Counted from the first letter of the stretch, positions 19,847-31,050 are shown. The stretch is DNA of 64,000 nucleotides from Bacillota bacterium (GCA_040766985.1 JAXGPL010000011.1:24095-88094), one strand, 5' to 3'. The notes: a model not told the origin generated them from the sequence alone. Numbers and translations are program-made.

Positions 19847-21430
19847 ATGAGCGTTAAGCAGGCGGCACACGGCAGCGAAGTAGATGAGCGGCTGGCCGCG
19901 CTGAGCACCAATGTCAACGCGGTGCGGGCAATCGCTTCGGCTGTTGAGGGCACGATCGGCCCCAAAGGTCTTAACACGATGCTCGTCGACCGGTTCGGCG
20001 ACGTGACCATCACCAACGACGGCATCACGATCCTTGAGAAGATGGAAGCCTCACACCCGGCGGCGCGCCTCGTGATCAACACCGCCAAGGCCCAGGAAGA
20101 CGAAGTCGGCGATGGAACCACTACGGCAACGATTATGGCCGGGGCGCTACTTGCCGCGGGGTTCAACCAGGTGGTCAAAGGAGTGCCTGTGACGAGGGTT
20201 ATCGAGGGCGTCAAGCTCGGCGTGGAACGGGCGGTCGAGGCCATCTCCTCGCGCGCCCAGCAGGTGACCGGACTCGACGATCCCCGGTTGTACCAGGTCG
20301 CCCTGATCGCCGGGCGCGGCAACCGCGACATCGCCCAACTGGTTGTGGAGGCCGCCCGGCTGACGGGCAAGGACAAGCTGACCGAAAACGGCTTCAAGCT
20401 TGCCGATACCGTGATTGCGGAGGAACGGGCCGGCAATGAGGTGTTCCTCGGGACGATCGTCGATAAGGAACCGCTTAACGATCAGATGCCCAAAACCCTG
20501 TCCGACGTCAAGCTGCTCGTGATCGACGATGCCCTCGAGCCGGACGAAGTCGAGGACGAGGCGCTCGCGACGGAGGCCGGTTTCCGCAAGCTGATGGAGA
20601 ACCGCGAGCAATTCCGTACAAACCTCGGCAAGTTAGTCGACCTTGGCGTCAAGTGCATCGTCGTGGACCGCAGTGTGGACGACGTTGCGGAGGAGGTCCT
20701 GACGGACGCAGGTGTGATGGTGCTGCGCCGGGTGACGTCCCGCGAGTGGCGGCGTGTCGCGGAGCACTGCGGCGCGAGGCCCGTCAAGCGTCCGGCGCTG
20801 CGGCGCGAGCCCGGCGACCTCGAACGCTTTCTCGGGCGCGCGGCGCGGGTGTGGCAGGACGAGAAGCTCGAGCACGTGAGGGTCGAAGGTGGTACCGCCA
20901 AGCCCATGGCGACTATCCTGGTTGGTGCGGCGACCCGCGAGGTGGTCGCGGAGCGGGAACGGATCGCCAAGGACGCCGCGGGCGCAGTGCAGGCCGCGGT
21001 TACCGGTGGGTTGGTTGCCGGCGGCGGCGTCGCGGAGCTTGCGGCTATCCCGGCTCTGCGGGCTGCCCGCGGCGGGGTCCGCGGGATGGCCGCCTACGGC
21101 CTCGACTGCGTCGAGGAAGCCTTGCGGCGGCCGCTTGCCCAGATCGTGCAGAACGCCGGTTTCAATGCACTGGAAAAGGTCGGCGAGGTCGAGGCCATCC
21201 ACGCCCGCGACGGCCGGGCAACGGTGGGTATCGATTGCGATACCGGCGAGACCGCGGATATGCTCGAGCTTGGGGTCGTCGACCCCGTGGCCGTTAAGAT
21301 CCATGCGCTGCGCGCGGCCGGGGAAATCGCCGAGGCGATCCTGCGGATCGACACAATCATCCGCAAGCGCGAGGAATCGCCGGATGGAGCAGGCGCGGCC
21401 GCAGGATTGCCCGACCTTCATCGCGACTAG
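19847..21430 (+). CDS. thermosome-like TCP-1/cpn60 chaperonin (group III-type)
   Basis: GTIGPKG, ITNDGITIL, EVGDGTTT, ERERIAKDA, AGGG, VVDP..VK, ILRID motifs of group II/III type; no GGM tail; no groES adjacent. Confidence 0.88.
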   Translation: MSVKQAAHGSEVDERLAALSTNVNAVRAIASAVEGTIGPKGLNTMLVDRFGDVTITNDGITILEKMEASHPAARLVINTAKAQEDEVGDGTTTATIMAGALLAAGFNQVVKGVPVTRVIEGVKLGVERAVEAISSRAQQVTGLDDPRLYQVALIAGRGNRDIAQLVVEAARLTGKDKLTENGFKLADTVIAEERAGNEVFLGTIVDKEPLNDQMPKTLSDVKLLVIDDALEPDEVEDEALATEAGFRKLMENREQFRTNLGKLVDLGVKCIVVDRSVDDVAEEVLTDAGVMVLRRVTSREWRRVAEHCGARPVKRPALRREPGDLERFLGRAARVWQDEKLEHVRVEGGTAKPMATILVGAATREVVAERERIAKDAAGAVQAAVTGGLVAGGGVAELAAIPALRAARGGVRGMAAYGLDCVEEALRRPLAQIVQNAGFNALEKVGEVEAIHARDGRATVGIDCDTGETADMLELGVVDPVAVKIHALRAAGEIAEAILRIDTIIRKREESPDGAGAAAGLPDLHRD

Positions 21431-21460
21431 TCACAGGGCTCGGGTTATGTGAGGTTTGAG

Positions 21461-22696
21461 ATGGCCAACGACCAGGATTACTACGAGTTGCTCGGCGTAA
21501 GCCGCGACGCGTCGGAGGATGAGATCAAGCGCGCCTTCAGGCATCTGGCGAGGCGTTACCACCCGGACGCCAACCCCGGTGACCCCACCGCCGAGGAGCG
21601 GTTCAAGAAGATCAACGAGGCGTACGAGGTCTTGTCCGACCCGCAGAAGCGTGCTACGTACGACCGTTTCGGCAGGGCTGGGCTTGGCGGCCCGGGCGGT
21701 GCGCCAGGGCCCGGTGGAGGGTTTGCGGGCTTCGAGGACATCTTCGACATGTTCTTCAGCGGCTTCGGCGGCGGCAGGCCCCAGGCCAGGCCGACCGGGC
21801 CGATGCGCGGCCCCGACCTGGAGATGGCCCTGGAGATCGAGCTTGAGGAAGCCGCTGTGGGACTGGAGCGGGAGATCGAGATCAGCCGCATTGAGTCCTG
21901 CAATATCTGCGGCGGCAACGGCGTCCGGCCGGGCTCGCGTCCCGAGCGGTGTACTGTCTGCCGCGGCACGGGGCAGGTGACAGCCTCACAGAGCACCATT
22001 TTCGGCCGGATCATGACGACGCACACGTGCGAGGCATGCGGCGGGCGCGGTTTCGTCGTCACGGACCCGTGCCCGGAGTGCGGCGGGCGAGGGATGGTCC
22101 GGCGGGTGCGTAAGGTCACGGTCAGCATCCCGGCGGGGGTTTCCGACGCCGGCAGGCTTCGCCTGCCCGGCCAGGGACAGGGCGGCATCAACGGTGGGCC
22201 GGCCGGCGACCTGTACGTGGACGTCCGGGTCAAACCGCATCCCGTCTTCACCAGGCGCGGGCTCGACATCGTCGCCGAAGCGCCTGTCAGCTACATCCGC
22301 GCAGCCCTCGGCGGCACGATCGAGGTTGAAACCCTGTTCGGCCGCGAGCAGTTGGCCCTCCCGCCCGGCACGCAGCCCGGCGACGTCTTCGCCATCCGCG
22401 GCAAGGGGATGCCCGAGGTGCGCGGGCGCAAGCGCGGCGACCACCACGTCTTGGTCAAGGTGCAGATCCCCGACAGGCTCACCCCGCGGCAGCGCGAGTT
22501 GCTGACCGAACTTGCCCGCGAGAGCGGCGAACCGCTTCCCGGCGAGAAGCCCCCCTTGGCGGCGACCAAGCCCGGTGGCAGGCGTCCCGGCGTTGCCCGC
22601 GCCGCCCGTCCCGGCAAGCGCAAGGGCGGCAAGAAGGGCCTGTTCGACCGTGTCAAGGAGGCCCTAACGGGAGAGCCCGATGACCAACTTGACTAG
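21461..22696 (+). CDS. dnaJ: molecular chaperone DnaJ
   Basis: J-domain HPD, G/F region, four CxxCxGxG repeats. Confidence 0.95.
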   Translation: MANDQDYYELLGVSRDASEDEIKRAFRHLARRYHPDANPGDPTAEERFKKINEAYEVLSDPQKRATYDRFGRAGLGGPGGAPGPGGGFAGFEDIFDMFFSGFGGGRPQARPTGPMRGPDLEMALEIELEEAAVGLEREIEISRIESCNICGGNGVRPGSRPERCTVCRGTGQVTASQSTIFGRIMTTHTCEACGGRGFVVTDPCPECGGRGMVRRVRKVTVSIPAGVSDAGRLRLPGQGQGGINGGPAGDLYVDVRVKPHPVFTRRGLDIVAEAPVSYIRAALGGTIEVETLFGREQLALPPGTQPGDVFAIRGKGMPEVRGRKRGDHHVLVKVQIPDRLTPRQRELLTELARESGEPLPGEKPPLAATKPGGRRPGVARAARPGKRKGGKKGLFDRVKEALTGEPDDQLD

Positions 22697-23600
22697 CCCC
22701 GGCCCCGATCCCGCGCCGGAGGACGACCGGGTCTGGTGGGAGATCACCGTCAGGGGGGGGCCCGCCTCGCTTGACCTCTCAGGCGAAGCCCTGCGGGATA
22801 TCGTGCCGGCAGGATTCATTGAAACCGCCGACGGCATCACCGCATACCTACCTGACAGGGAGACCGCCGAGAAGGCCGCTGCGGCCGTCACGGCGGCAGG
22901 CGCCGTATCCGCTCAGCTGCGGCCTGTGGCGGAGGCGGAGTGGGGCGTCTGGCGCAGGGCGTTTCGGCCCGTCGCAGTCGGTGAACGGCTGCGGATCGTG
23001 CCGGTTTGGGACGCCGCGGTCCCCGCGGTCTCCGCGGGGCTGGTCGCCCACGACGCACCGGGCGACGTCACAGTCGTCATTGAGCCCGGGCTGGCCTTCG
23101 GCACGGGCGACCACCCCACTACGGCGGCCTGCCTGCAGCTTCTTGAACGACTGGTGCGTGAAGGAGCTGAGGTGCTCGACGCTGGTACGGGATCGGGCAT
23201 CCTCGCGATCGCTGCCGCGCTTCTGGGTGCCGGCCGCGTGGTCGCGGTAGATATCGACCCGGTCGCGTGCCGGTCCGCAACGGCCAACATCGCGCTCAAT
23301 CCGGGTGCGCGGGAGAAGGTTTCCGTGTGCTGTCGGGACATCGCGGAACTTGCGGAGGCGGAGGGTGGACCGGTCTTCGACATTATCGTCGCCAATCTCA
23401 CCAGCGATGTCGTCATCGCCCTGCTTCCGACGCTGCTCCAGAGCCTCGTCGCTGGCGGCCGGATGGTGTTGTCGGGTATCAGCGTCGAGCGCGAAGGCGA
23501 CGTTATGCTCGCGCTGGACGCGGCAGGACTCGCCCCCGTCGACCTGGCGAGGGAACGCGGTTGGCTGACGGTATGCTGTGAACGGGGGGGAGGACTGTGA
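22680..23600 (+). CDS. prmA: ribosomal protein L11 methyltransferase
   Basis: [36 protein letters not shown]. Confidence 0.9.
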   Translation: MTNLTSPGPDPAPEDDRVWWEITVRGGPASLDLSGEALRDIVPAGFIETADGITAYLPDRETAEKAAAAVTAAGAVSAQLRPVAEAEWGVWRRAFRPVAVGERLRIVPVWDAAVPAVSAGLVAHDAPGDVTVVIEPGLAFGTGDHPTTAACLQLLERLVREGAEVLDAGTGSGILAIAAALLGAGRVVAVDIDPVACRSATANIALNPGAREKVSVCCRDIAELAEAEGGPVFDIIVANLTSDVVIALLPTLLQSLVAGGRMVLSGISVEREGDVMLALDAAGLAPVDLARERGWLTVCCERGGGL

Positions 23601-24420
23601 GCGCCGGGCCCAACGGGGTACACCGGATCGTCCTCACGGCAGAGGAGATCAGGGGAAACCGTGTTCTCCTGACCCGGGAAAACACCCACCATGTCCGCGA
23701 GGTTCTGCGCCTCCGGCATGGCGCCGTCCTGCGCGGGCTGGTGCCGCTCACCAGCGAGCCGGCGAGCGGCGGATACGACCTTATCCTGCGCATCGACGAG
23801 ATGCGCTCAGGGCGGCAGGCCTGTGAAGTTGGGGGCCATATCGAGCTGGGTACGGAGCCGCCGCTGGCCGTCACGGTCTGCCAGGGGCTTACGCGCTCGG
23901 AAAGGTTTGAGTATTCGCTCCAAAAGTGCACCGAGATCGGCGCGCGGGGCTTCCGGCCGGTCCTGACGGCACGCAGCATCGTCCGCCTGGATGCGTTACG
24001 CCACCTCCAGCGGCTGGGCCGCTGGCGCCGGATCGCAGAGGAAGCAGCCCTCCAGTCGGGGCGGGCGCGCATCCCGGAGGTGAGCGAGGTGGTCAGGCTC
24101 GGTGAGTTGTGCGATCTTGCCACGGCCTCGCCCGCCCAGCTGATGCTCGTCGCCTACGAGCAGGAGACCACCCCGCTTCGCGACGTGCTCCGCCGCGCCA
24201 CCACGAACGGCAGGCCGCAGACGGCTCCCGTGGTTGTCGGCCACGAGGAGACGACCTCGAACGCGGGGAAGTGGGGCTACGCTGGCTGCGGCCGGTTTCA
24301 TCCCGGTGAGCCTTGGCCCGCGCATCCCTGCGGACGGAAACCGCCGGTCCCGTGATCCTTTCGTTACTGCTCTACGAGCTGGCCGACCTGGGTGGCGGCT
24401 GCTGGGTGGCAGTCCCGGTG
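23597..24420 (+). CDS. rsmE: 16S rRNA m3U1498 methyltransferase (frameshifted C-terminus; end approximate)
   Basis: HH..VLRL, QKCTEIG, EAALQSGR; SLGPRI and LRTETA appear in shifted frames. Confidence 0.85.
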
Positions 24421-25886
24421 ACTGAGCAGGGTGCGGCCGACCGATCCACGCGCCGCGGCACGCGGGCAGGCCTTCCTGACCCTCGGCTGCAAGGTCAACC
24501 AGTACGATTCGGAGGCGATGGCCGGGGCCCATCCGGGCGCTAGGGTGGGAAGTGATCGAGCGGCCCGAGGACCTGCTCGGCGGACCGGACGTAATCGTCG
24601 TCAACAGCTGCGCGGTGACGGCGCGCGCCGCAGCCAAGAGCCGCCAGGCCGCGCGCGCGGCAGCGCGAAAGCACCCGGGCAGCCGCGTCGCGTTGGTGGG
24701 CTGCTACCCCCAGGTCTTCCGCGATGAAGCCCGTCAGGTCGAAGGCGTTGCGGGCATCGCCGGCACGGGCAGGCATTGCGCGCTAAGCCTGTTCGAGTCC
24801 ATCCTGCGCGGGCCCAGGCCTGCGGGCAATCCGGACGTAACGCGGCAGGAGCCCCAGGAGGCTCCCCTCGACTTCCCGGCGACATTCGAGAACCTTCCGG
24901 CAGCGCCGGCGGCGGGCAGGGTCCGCGCGTTTCTCAAGGTGCAGGAAGGCTGCCAGATGAACTGCGCCTACTGTCTGGTGCCGCAGGCGCGCGGTCCGCA
25001 ACGGTCGTGCCTGCCGGAAGCCGCTCTGGCCGCGGCCCGCTCGCTGTTGCGACACGGGGCGCGTGAGCTCGTGTTGACAGGTATCCACCTCGGCGCTTAC
25101 GGGCGCGACCTCGCCGCCGGGGAGCGGCCCGCCGCCACGGAACGGCCCGCCGCCGCAGAGCGGCACATCGCCGGCGAATCGCTCGCCTGCCTGGTCACGG
25201 CCTGCCTAGGCCTGCCCGGCCTGGTGCGCCTCCGTCTCTCCTCGATTGAACCCACCGACATCGACGAAGGCCTGTTGAGGGTATTGGCGTCGGACCCGCG
25301 GGTCTGCCGTCACCTGCATATCCCGCTTCAGAGCGGTTGCGACAGGACGCTCGCAGCGATGCGGCGCCATTACGACACCGCCGGCTATGCGGCGGTCGTC
25401 AGGCGGGCGCGTTCCGCCCTGCCCGGTCTCGCCGTGAGCACCGACGTTATGGCGGGGTTTCCAGGAGAAACCCGTGCCGACTTCGACGCCACCGATGCAT
25501 TCATCCGGGAGATGGGCTTTATGCGGCTTCATGTCTTTCCGTATTCGCCCCGGCCTAACACGGTTGCGGCGACGTTCGGCGGGCAGGTGCCGGGAAAGGA
25601 GCGCGAGAGGCGGGCCCGGCAGTTGATTGCGACCGGCAGGGAACTGGCGGCATCCTATAACCGTCAGTTGCTAGGCAGGGAGACGGGAGTGCTTCTGGAA
25701 AAAAACCCTGTACCTGCGGATATAGCGGGGTTTCCGGGCTATGCAAACGAAGGCCTGACACCGGATTACGTCCGCGCCGCAGTGTCTTCCACGCAACCGT
25801 ATCCGGCGGGCACGCTCGTGATGATCCGTGTGACGGGGGCCGACGCCGACGGCGTGACCGGTCAGGTGAGCGCACAACCGTCCTGA
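24418..25886 (+). CDS. mtaB: tRNA t6A37 methylthiotransferase MtaB (indel near 24530; start approximate)
   Basis: TLGCKVNQYDS, NSCAVT, radical SAM CQMNCAYC, HIPLQSG, GFPGET. Confidence 0.88.
25113..25166 (+). repeat. 3 x 18-bp in-frame tandem repeat inside mtaB
   Basis: gccgccggggagcggccc/gccgccacggaacggccc/gccgccgcagagcggcac = AAGERP AATERP AAAERH. Confidence 0.8.
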
Positions 25887-25977
25887 CTAGACCATACGCT
25901 GTGATACGCATGGGACGACCGGACCGTTGCGGCTTTTGGGCTAGAGAAGGACCGGGCAATCGACAGGGAGTGGGCGA

Positions 25978-27219
25978 ATGGGCGAAGGCAAGCGAGGACG
26001 GCTGCGCGTTGGCGTGGTGTTTGGGGGGCGTTCGGGTGAGCACGAGGTGTCGCTGCTCTCGGCGGCCTCGGTGATGGCGGCGCTCGACCCGGCGCAGTAC
26101 GAGGTCGTCCCGATCGGCATTACCAAAGAGGGCAGTTGGCTAGCCGGGCCGGCCGCGCTCGAACGGCTGCGTGCGGCAGCGATGCTGCCGGCCAGCGGAG
26201 CGATGAAGGCCCTGGCTGCGGCCAACCCAAGGTTCGATCCCGCAGATGCGCACGAAGTCGGACTGCTGCCCGACCCGAGCAGGCGTGGGCAGCTGGAACG
26301 CCTCACACCAGGAGCGGTGCGCGAGGCCGGCGGCGGTGAGGCCGGCGGCGGCACGGTGACGCTGGCCACGGTGGACGTCGTGTTCCCGGTGTTGCACGGG
26401 CCGTTCGGCGAGGACGGCACGATCCAGGGGCTGCTTGAGTTGGCAGGGCTGCCGTACGTCGGCGCCGGCGTCTTGGGATCGGCCCTCGGTATGGACAAGA
26501 TCGCGATGAAGGACGTCTTCCGCGCCCGCGGGCTGCCGGTTGTGCGGTACATCGGGCTCACGCGCGCGGCAATCGAAGCCGACCCGCCGGCGGCTGAACG
26601 GCCGGTGCTGGACCAGCTCAGGCTGCCGGTCTTTGTCAAGCCCGCCAATCTCGGCTCAAGCGTCGGTATCACCAAAGTCCGCGCGCCAGACGAACTCGGC
26701 AAGGCCCTTCGCATCGCGGCCAGGTACGACCGGCGCGTCATCGTCGAGGAGGGCGCCCCTAACGCCCGCGAGATCGAGTGTAGCGTTCTCGGCAACGACT
26801 TTCCCGAGGCCTCTGTGCCCGGCGAGGTCATTCCCAGCCGCGAGTTTTACGACTATTGCGCCAAGTACATCGACGACGATTCGAGCCTGGTCATCCCGGC
26901 CGAGCTTCCGGCGGAGGTAGCGCAGGAAGTGCGCCGGATCGCCGTCGCGGCCTTTCTGGCGCTGGACTGCGCAGGGATGGCGAGGGTTGACTTCTTCGTC
27001 GGCCGCGACGACAACCGCATCACACTCAACGAGCTCAATACCATCCCCGGCTTTACCACGATCAGCATGTACCCCAAGCTCTGGCAGGCCAGCGGCATCA
27101 GCTACGAGGAGCTACTCAAACGGCTGATCGCGTTGGCGATCGAGCGGCACCGCGACCGGCAGCGCAGCAAGACAACATATTCGCCGTTCGAGGAACCCGG
27201 CGGGCGGTATGACGGCTGA
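25978..27219 (+). CDS. ddl: D-alanine--D-alanine ligase
   Basis: [49 protein letters not shown]. Confidence 0.93.
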   Translation: MGEGKRGRLRVGVVFGGRSGEHEVSLLSAASVMAALDPAQYEVVPIGITKEGSWLAGPAALERLRAAAMLPASGAMKALAAANPRFDPADAHEVGLLPDPSRRGQLERLTPGAVREAGGGEAGGGTVTLATVDVVFPVLHGPFGEDGTIQGLLELAGLPYVGAGVLGSALGMDKIAMKDVFRARGLPVVRYIGLTRAAIEADPPAAERPVLDQLRLPVFVKPANLGSSVGITKVRAPDELGKALRIAARYDRRVIVEEGAPNAREIECSVLGNDFPEASVPGEVIPSREFYDYCAKYIDDDSSLVIPAELPAEVAQEVRRIAVAAFLALDCAGMARVDFFVGRDDNRITLNELNTIPGFTTISMYPKLWQASGISYEELLKRLIALAIERHRDRQRSKTTYSPFEEPGGRYDG

Positions 27220-27658
27220 GGTAGCGCGCGCAGACCACGATACCGAGCCGGCGTACCGCTTCGACTTGCCCCTCAGTCCTGGCGTCTTCATCAGGCGTGC
27301 CGGCCGCTTCACAATGGAAGCCCGTCTCTCCGACGGCACTCCCGGCCTGCTGCATCTCCCCAACGGCGGCCGTCTCCAGACCGTCCTTCTTCCCGGCGCC
27401 CGGGTCCTCTACCGGCCGCGCAACCGCGGACCACGCAAGGGAGAAGGTCCTGCTCGCGTCACAGACGGCAGGGCCACGCTCGTCGAGGTCGCCGGGGATG
27501 TCGGCTGGGTCACGGTGGACGCAACGCTCCCCGCAAGAGCCCTGTCGCACATCCTGCGGGCGGCCGCCGGGGCCGGCCTGAAGGTCGTGGCATATCACCT
27601 CGAGGCGTCGCCGGATCGAATCCGCCTCGCGCGGCGGCCGCCGGTGGAGTTGTCCTGA
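27209..27658 (+). CDS. sfsA: SfsA-like protein lacking the nuclease core (internal deletion or pseudogene)
   Basis: F.RR..RF, HLPNGGRL..LLPG N-terminal OB-fold and an SfsA-like tail (G.KVVAY...I.L...PV.L), only 149 aa. Confidence 0.6.
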   Translation: MTAEVARADHDTEPAYRFDLPLSPGVFIRRAGRFTMEARLSDGTPGLLHLPNGGRLQTVLLPGARVLYRPRNRGPRKGEGPARVTDGRATLVEVAGDVGWVTVDATLPARALSHILRAAAGAGLKVVAYHLEASPDRIRLARRPPVELS

Positions 27659-27816
27659 CCTTACCTGTGCCGCGTGTAGGAGCCGTGCGGAAGATTCGCT
27701 GCCCGAGCCGACACGGTCCTGGAGGATTGGCGGTATTTTGTGCCAAACTGATGGAGGCGGGTGCGGCGGCAATGCCGTGCGCGGGGCGCGACCAGAGATG
27801 AACGGAGGGGTTAGCG

Positions 27817-28008
27817 GTGAAAGTCAAAGTGACCGAGGAGTGCATCGCTTGCGGAGCTTGCGTGGATATCTGCCCGGAGGTCTTCTACCTTGGCGACGAC
27901 GGGTTTGCCCATGTCAAGGAAGAAGAGGCTAAAAAGCCGGAGAACGCCGAGAAGATCCGCGAGGCGGCCGACGGCTGCCCGACCGAGGCTATCGAGATCG
28001 AGGAGTAG
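27817..28008 (+). CDS. single-cluster 4Fe-4S ferredoxin
   Basis: CIACGAC...CP...CP; acidic 63 aa; GGAGG RBS. Confidence 0.92.
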   Translation: MKVKVTEECIACGACVDICPEVFYLGDDGFAHVKEEEAKKPENAEKIREAADGCPTEAIEIEE

Positions 28009-28170
28009 CTTCCCGGCCCGGCACATGACCGGCCGTCGTTCAAAGTGATTACGCACCAGGCAGGCGGCGTTGTGCCGCCTGCCTTCGCTCGCATTGCCCC
28101 GTTGCCGCCCGGCCGGTCGCCGGCCGGGCCTTCCCGGCTTCACACGCGGCTGCAATGCTGCTTTAGCGTG

Positions 28171-28200
28171 GGAGGATTGGCACGTTTTGGACACGAATAG
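28171..28200 (+). promoter_or_regulatory. sigmaH-type promoter upstream of HIT-rpsU
   Basis: GGAGGATT...CACGAATAG (AGGA-N18-GAAT). Confidence 0.45.
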
Positions 28201-28258
28201 TAACAGGCCTCAAATGACTCTACCTTGCACTTGATGTGCACTGAGGGGCCTGATATCT

Positions 28259-28620
28259 TTGATGGAGGTGCGGCGGCAGTTGGACTGCATCTTCTGCGCG
28301 ATTGCGGCCGGCAGGATCAAGAGCGATATCGTTTACAGCGACGATCATGTGGTTGCGTTTCGCGACATCAACCCGGTGGCACCGGTGCACGTGCTGGTCA
28401 GCCCACGCAGGCATATCGGCTCACTGATGGACTTGGGCCCGGACGACGGCGAGATGCTGTCAGCTATTCACCAGGCCATTCAGAAGATAGCTGAAGAGCA
28501 GGGGATTGTGACAGCGGGTTTCCGGGTCGTGGTCAACATCGGTGAGGGTGCCGGCCAGACGGTCGGCCATCTCCACTACCATGTCTTGGGTGGCAGAGCC
28601 CTCGACTGGCCCCCGGCTAG
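28259..28620 (+). CDS. histidine triad (HIT) nucleotide-binding protein (stop masked by a 1-nt indel)
   Basis: [23 protein letters not shown]; one extra C gives the canonical WPPG-TAG end. Confidence 0.88.
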
Positions 28621-28666
28621 GAGAGGCCTTCCCCGTGCTGAGACGGTGGAGGGAGGGATATGCAAG

Positions 28667-28841
28667 ATGTCCGAGGTCAAGGTAGGCAAGGATGAGACGC
28701 TTGAGAGCGCACTAAGGCGCTTCAAGCGGCAGACTCAGCGCTCGGGCGTTCTCAAGGAGGTCCGCAAGCGCGAACACTATGAAGCCCAGCGTCAAGCGCA
28801 AGAAGAAATCTATCGCCGCGCAGAGGCGCAAGCGGCGTTAG
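28667..28841 (+). CDS. rpsU: 30S ribosomal protein S21 (2-nt indel near 28782)
   Basis: [21 protein letters not shown]...KREHYE then [15 protein letters not shown] in a shifted frame; GGAGG RBS. Confidence 0.9.
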
Positions 28842-28881
28842 CCGGCGCGCCCGCGGGGCGTAAGGTCGGTTGATCGGAGCT

Positions 28882-29343
28882 ATGCCAAACCTCAAGGATC
28901 GCCTGCAACAGGATATGAATGAGGCGCTGCGCGCCCGCGAAGCGGGCCGCAAGCGCCTCTCTGTTATCCGCCTCCTTCGGGCCGCCGTGCTCAACGCCGA
29001 GAAGGAGCGCCCCGGCGGGCTCGATGACAGCGCGGTGTTGGCCGTGCTCTCCCGGGAGGGCAAGCGGCTGCAGGGAGACATCGACGAGTTCCGCCGCCTC
29101 GGCCAGAAGGAGCGGGCCGACGAGCTGGCTGGCGAACTTGAGATCGTCAAGGAATACCTCCCGCAGCCACTCAGCGCCGAGGAAGTCGAGGAGTTGGCAC
29201 GCCGGGCCGTTGCCGAGGCTGGCGCAACCAGGCCGCAGGAGATGGGCAAGGTGATGAAGGTGCTCATGCCTATGCTTCAGGGCAGGGCAGACGGCAGGCT
29301 TGCCAGCGACATTGTCAAGCGCCTGTTGGTAGGTGGAGCCTAG
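28882..29343 (+). CDS. yqeY: GatB/YqeY domain protein
   Basis: LKDRL..DM..A, YLPQPLS.EE, MGKVMK; follows rpsU. Confidence 0.88.
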   Translation: MPNLKDRLQQDMNEALRAREAGRKRLSVIRLLRAAVLNAEKERPGGLDDSAVLAVLSREGKRLQGDIDEFRRLGQKERADELAGELEIVKEYLPQPLSAEEVEELARRAVAEAGATRPQEMGKVMKVLMPMLQGRADGRLASDIVKRLLVGGA

Positions 29344-29615
29344 GCAGCACCTCTCAGCCGGCCCCCAACATGCCCGCACCAAGACCGCGGTTCCAGTCCA
29401 GATTGTTCTTACCAGACTTCGTGCGCCCCTTTTTCGTTGCCAGGGAGTGCAGGTCACGGCGTATCCTTCGGGCCGGTGGGGAGCCTAGAAGCCCGTGGGA
29501 GAAGGGGTAGTGCTTCTGCAATCAAAGCTATATACTAGTAATAGCAGATCGGCATTACCGGTCCGGCGCATCCAGGTGACCGGAGAGTCAGGACCGATCA
29601 GGAGGAGGCATATCC

Positions 29616-31031
29616 GTGTATCAAAAGCTCATGGGCAGCCTCCAGGCCCGCAAGCCGTTGACTTCGGTGATCTTCCTTGCGGCAATGCTCGCGCTTCTCT
29701 TCGCCCAAGGCGTGGCCGTCGCTGCCCCAGGTGTGGGTTCCTTAGTTGCGCAAACCACGCCAACCCCCGCTACGGAAGGCGAGGCGGCTCTATCCGTGCT
29801 CCTGCCCATTCCCACGGACAAAGTCCATGTCTGTCGGGTCACGGGCACGGTCGACCCCGGGATGGCGCGCTACATAGGCAGGGTCATCCGCGATGCCTCT
29901 ACCGAGGGCGCATCGGTGCTACTCGTGGTCGATAGCCTTGGCGGGAGGGTTGACTCCGCTCTGGAGATCCGCGACCATCTGCTGCGCGCGGATATCCCCA
30001 CGATCGCTTATGTAGAGGGACGCGCTTGGAGCGCCGCCGCCCTTATCGCAATGGCTGCGGAGCGGCTGATTATGCAGCCCGGCAGCAGTATCGGAGCGGC
30101 CGAGCCGAGCCCGTTGACTGTTAAGACGTTGGCGGCGGTGCAGTCGGAGTTCGAGGCCACCGCCGAGGCTCGTGGCCGCGATTCGATGCTTGCCGCGGCT
30201 ATGGTCGACTCTGATGTCTCAATCCCCGGCCTGGTCGAACGCGGCAGGCTGCTGAGCATGACCGCGGGTACCGCCGTCGAACGCGGGTTCGCGGACTCGA
30301 CTGCTCCTACACTGAGGGAGGCCCTCAATCTGGTCGGGCTCGGAGCGGCGGCCCAGACCGATGTGCCGATGAGCGCGGCTGAGAAGCTCGCGCAGCTTGT
30401 CACGCACCCGGCCGTGGCCCCCGTCCTGCTGACCATCGCCCTCGTCGCACTGGTGGTGGAGGTCTTCACGGCGGGATTCGGGGCGGCGGGGGTTGTGGGC
30501 CTGGTTTCTCTAGCGCTCTATTTCGGCGGCCATCTGATTGCCGGTTTCGGCGGGTGGGAAGTAACCGCCCTGTTTGTCCTGGGGCTGATCCTACTGATGA
30601 TTGAGACATTCGTGCCAGGGTTCGGCATCTTCGGGATCGGCGGTATCGCCTCAATGATCGGCAGCTTCTACCTTGCCTCGCGCAGCAGCGCCGATGCCCT
30701 GCGCTCCCTGGTCATCGCGGTCATTGCCAGCCTGCTGCTGTCGGTCTTCCTGCTGCGCATAGGAATGCGCCGCGGCTGGTTCAGCAGGCTGATGCTCGGC
30801 CAGTCGTTGGCAGCCGACCAGGGTTTCATCGCCCGCGAACAGCGCACCGACCTGATCGGGCAGCGCGGCGTAGCCACGACGATGCTGCGTCCGGCGGGCA
30901 CGGCCAGATTCGGCGAGGTTCTCGTCGATGTGGTCAGTGAAGGCATGTTCGTGCCCGCGGGAACCTCCGTCACCGTTGTTCGGGTCGAGGGGCCGCGGGT
31001 GGTGGTTTCGGAAACCAAAGACGCACAATAA
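29616..31031 (+). CDS. nfeD: NfeD-family membrane-bound serine protease
   Basis: SLGGRV, AWSAAA, TM bundle, C-terminal LRPAGTA OB-fold; precedes floA (yqeZ position). Confidence 0.85.
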   Translation: MYQKLMGSLQARKPLTSVIFLAAMLALLFAQGVAVAAPGVGSLVAQTTPTPATEGEAALSVLLPIPTDKVHVCRVTGTVDPGMARYIGRVIRDASTEGASVLLVVDSLGGRVDSALEIRDHLLRADIPTIAYVEGRAWSAAALIAMAAERLIMQPGSSIGAAEPSPLTVKTLAAVQSEFEATAEARGRDSMLAAAMVDSDVSIPGLVERGRLLSMTAGTAVERGFADSTAPTLREALNLVGLGAAAQTDVPMSAAEKLAQLVTHPAVAPVLLTIALVALVVEVFTAGFGAAGVVGLVSLALYFGGHLIAGFGGWEVTALFVLGLILLMIETFVPGFGIFGIGGIASMIGSFYLASRSSADALRSLVIAVIASLLLSVFLLRIGMRRGWFSRLMLGQSLAADQGFIAREQRTDLIGQRGVATTMLRPAGTARFGEVLVDVVSEGMFVPAGTSVTVVRVEGPRVVVSETKDAQ

Positions 31032-31050
31032 AGCCTGAACGGAGGAATGC

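Noticed and set aside
28259-28873. Apparent HIT-S21 fusion protein (204-aa ORF)
   Set aside because: One missing C hides the canonical WPPG-stop, rpsU has its own RBS and ATG, and a second indel alters its tail; an artefact
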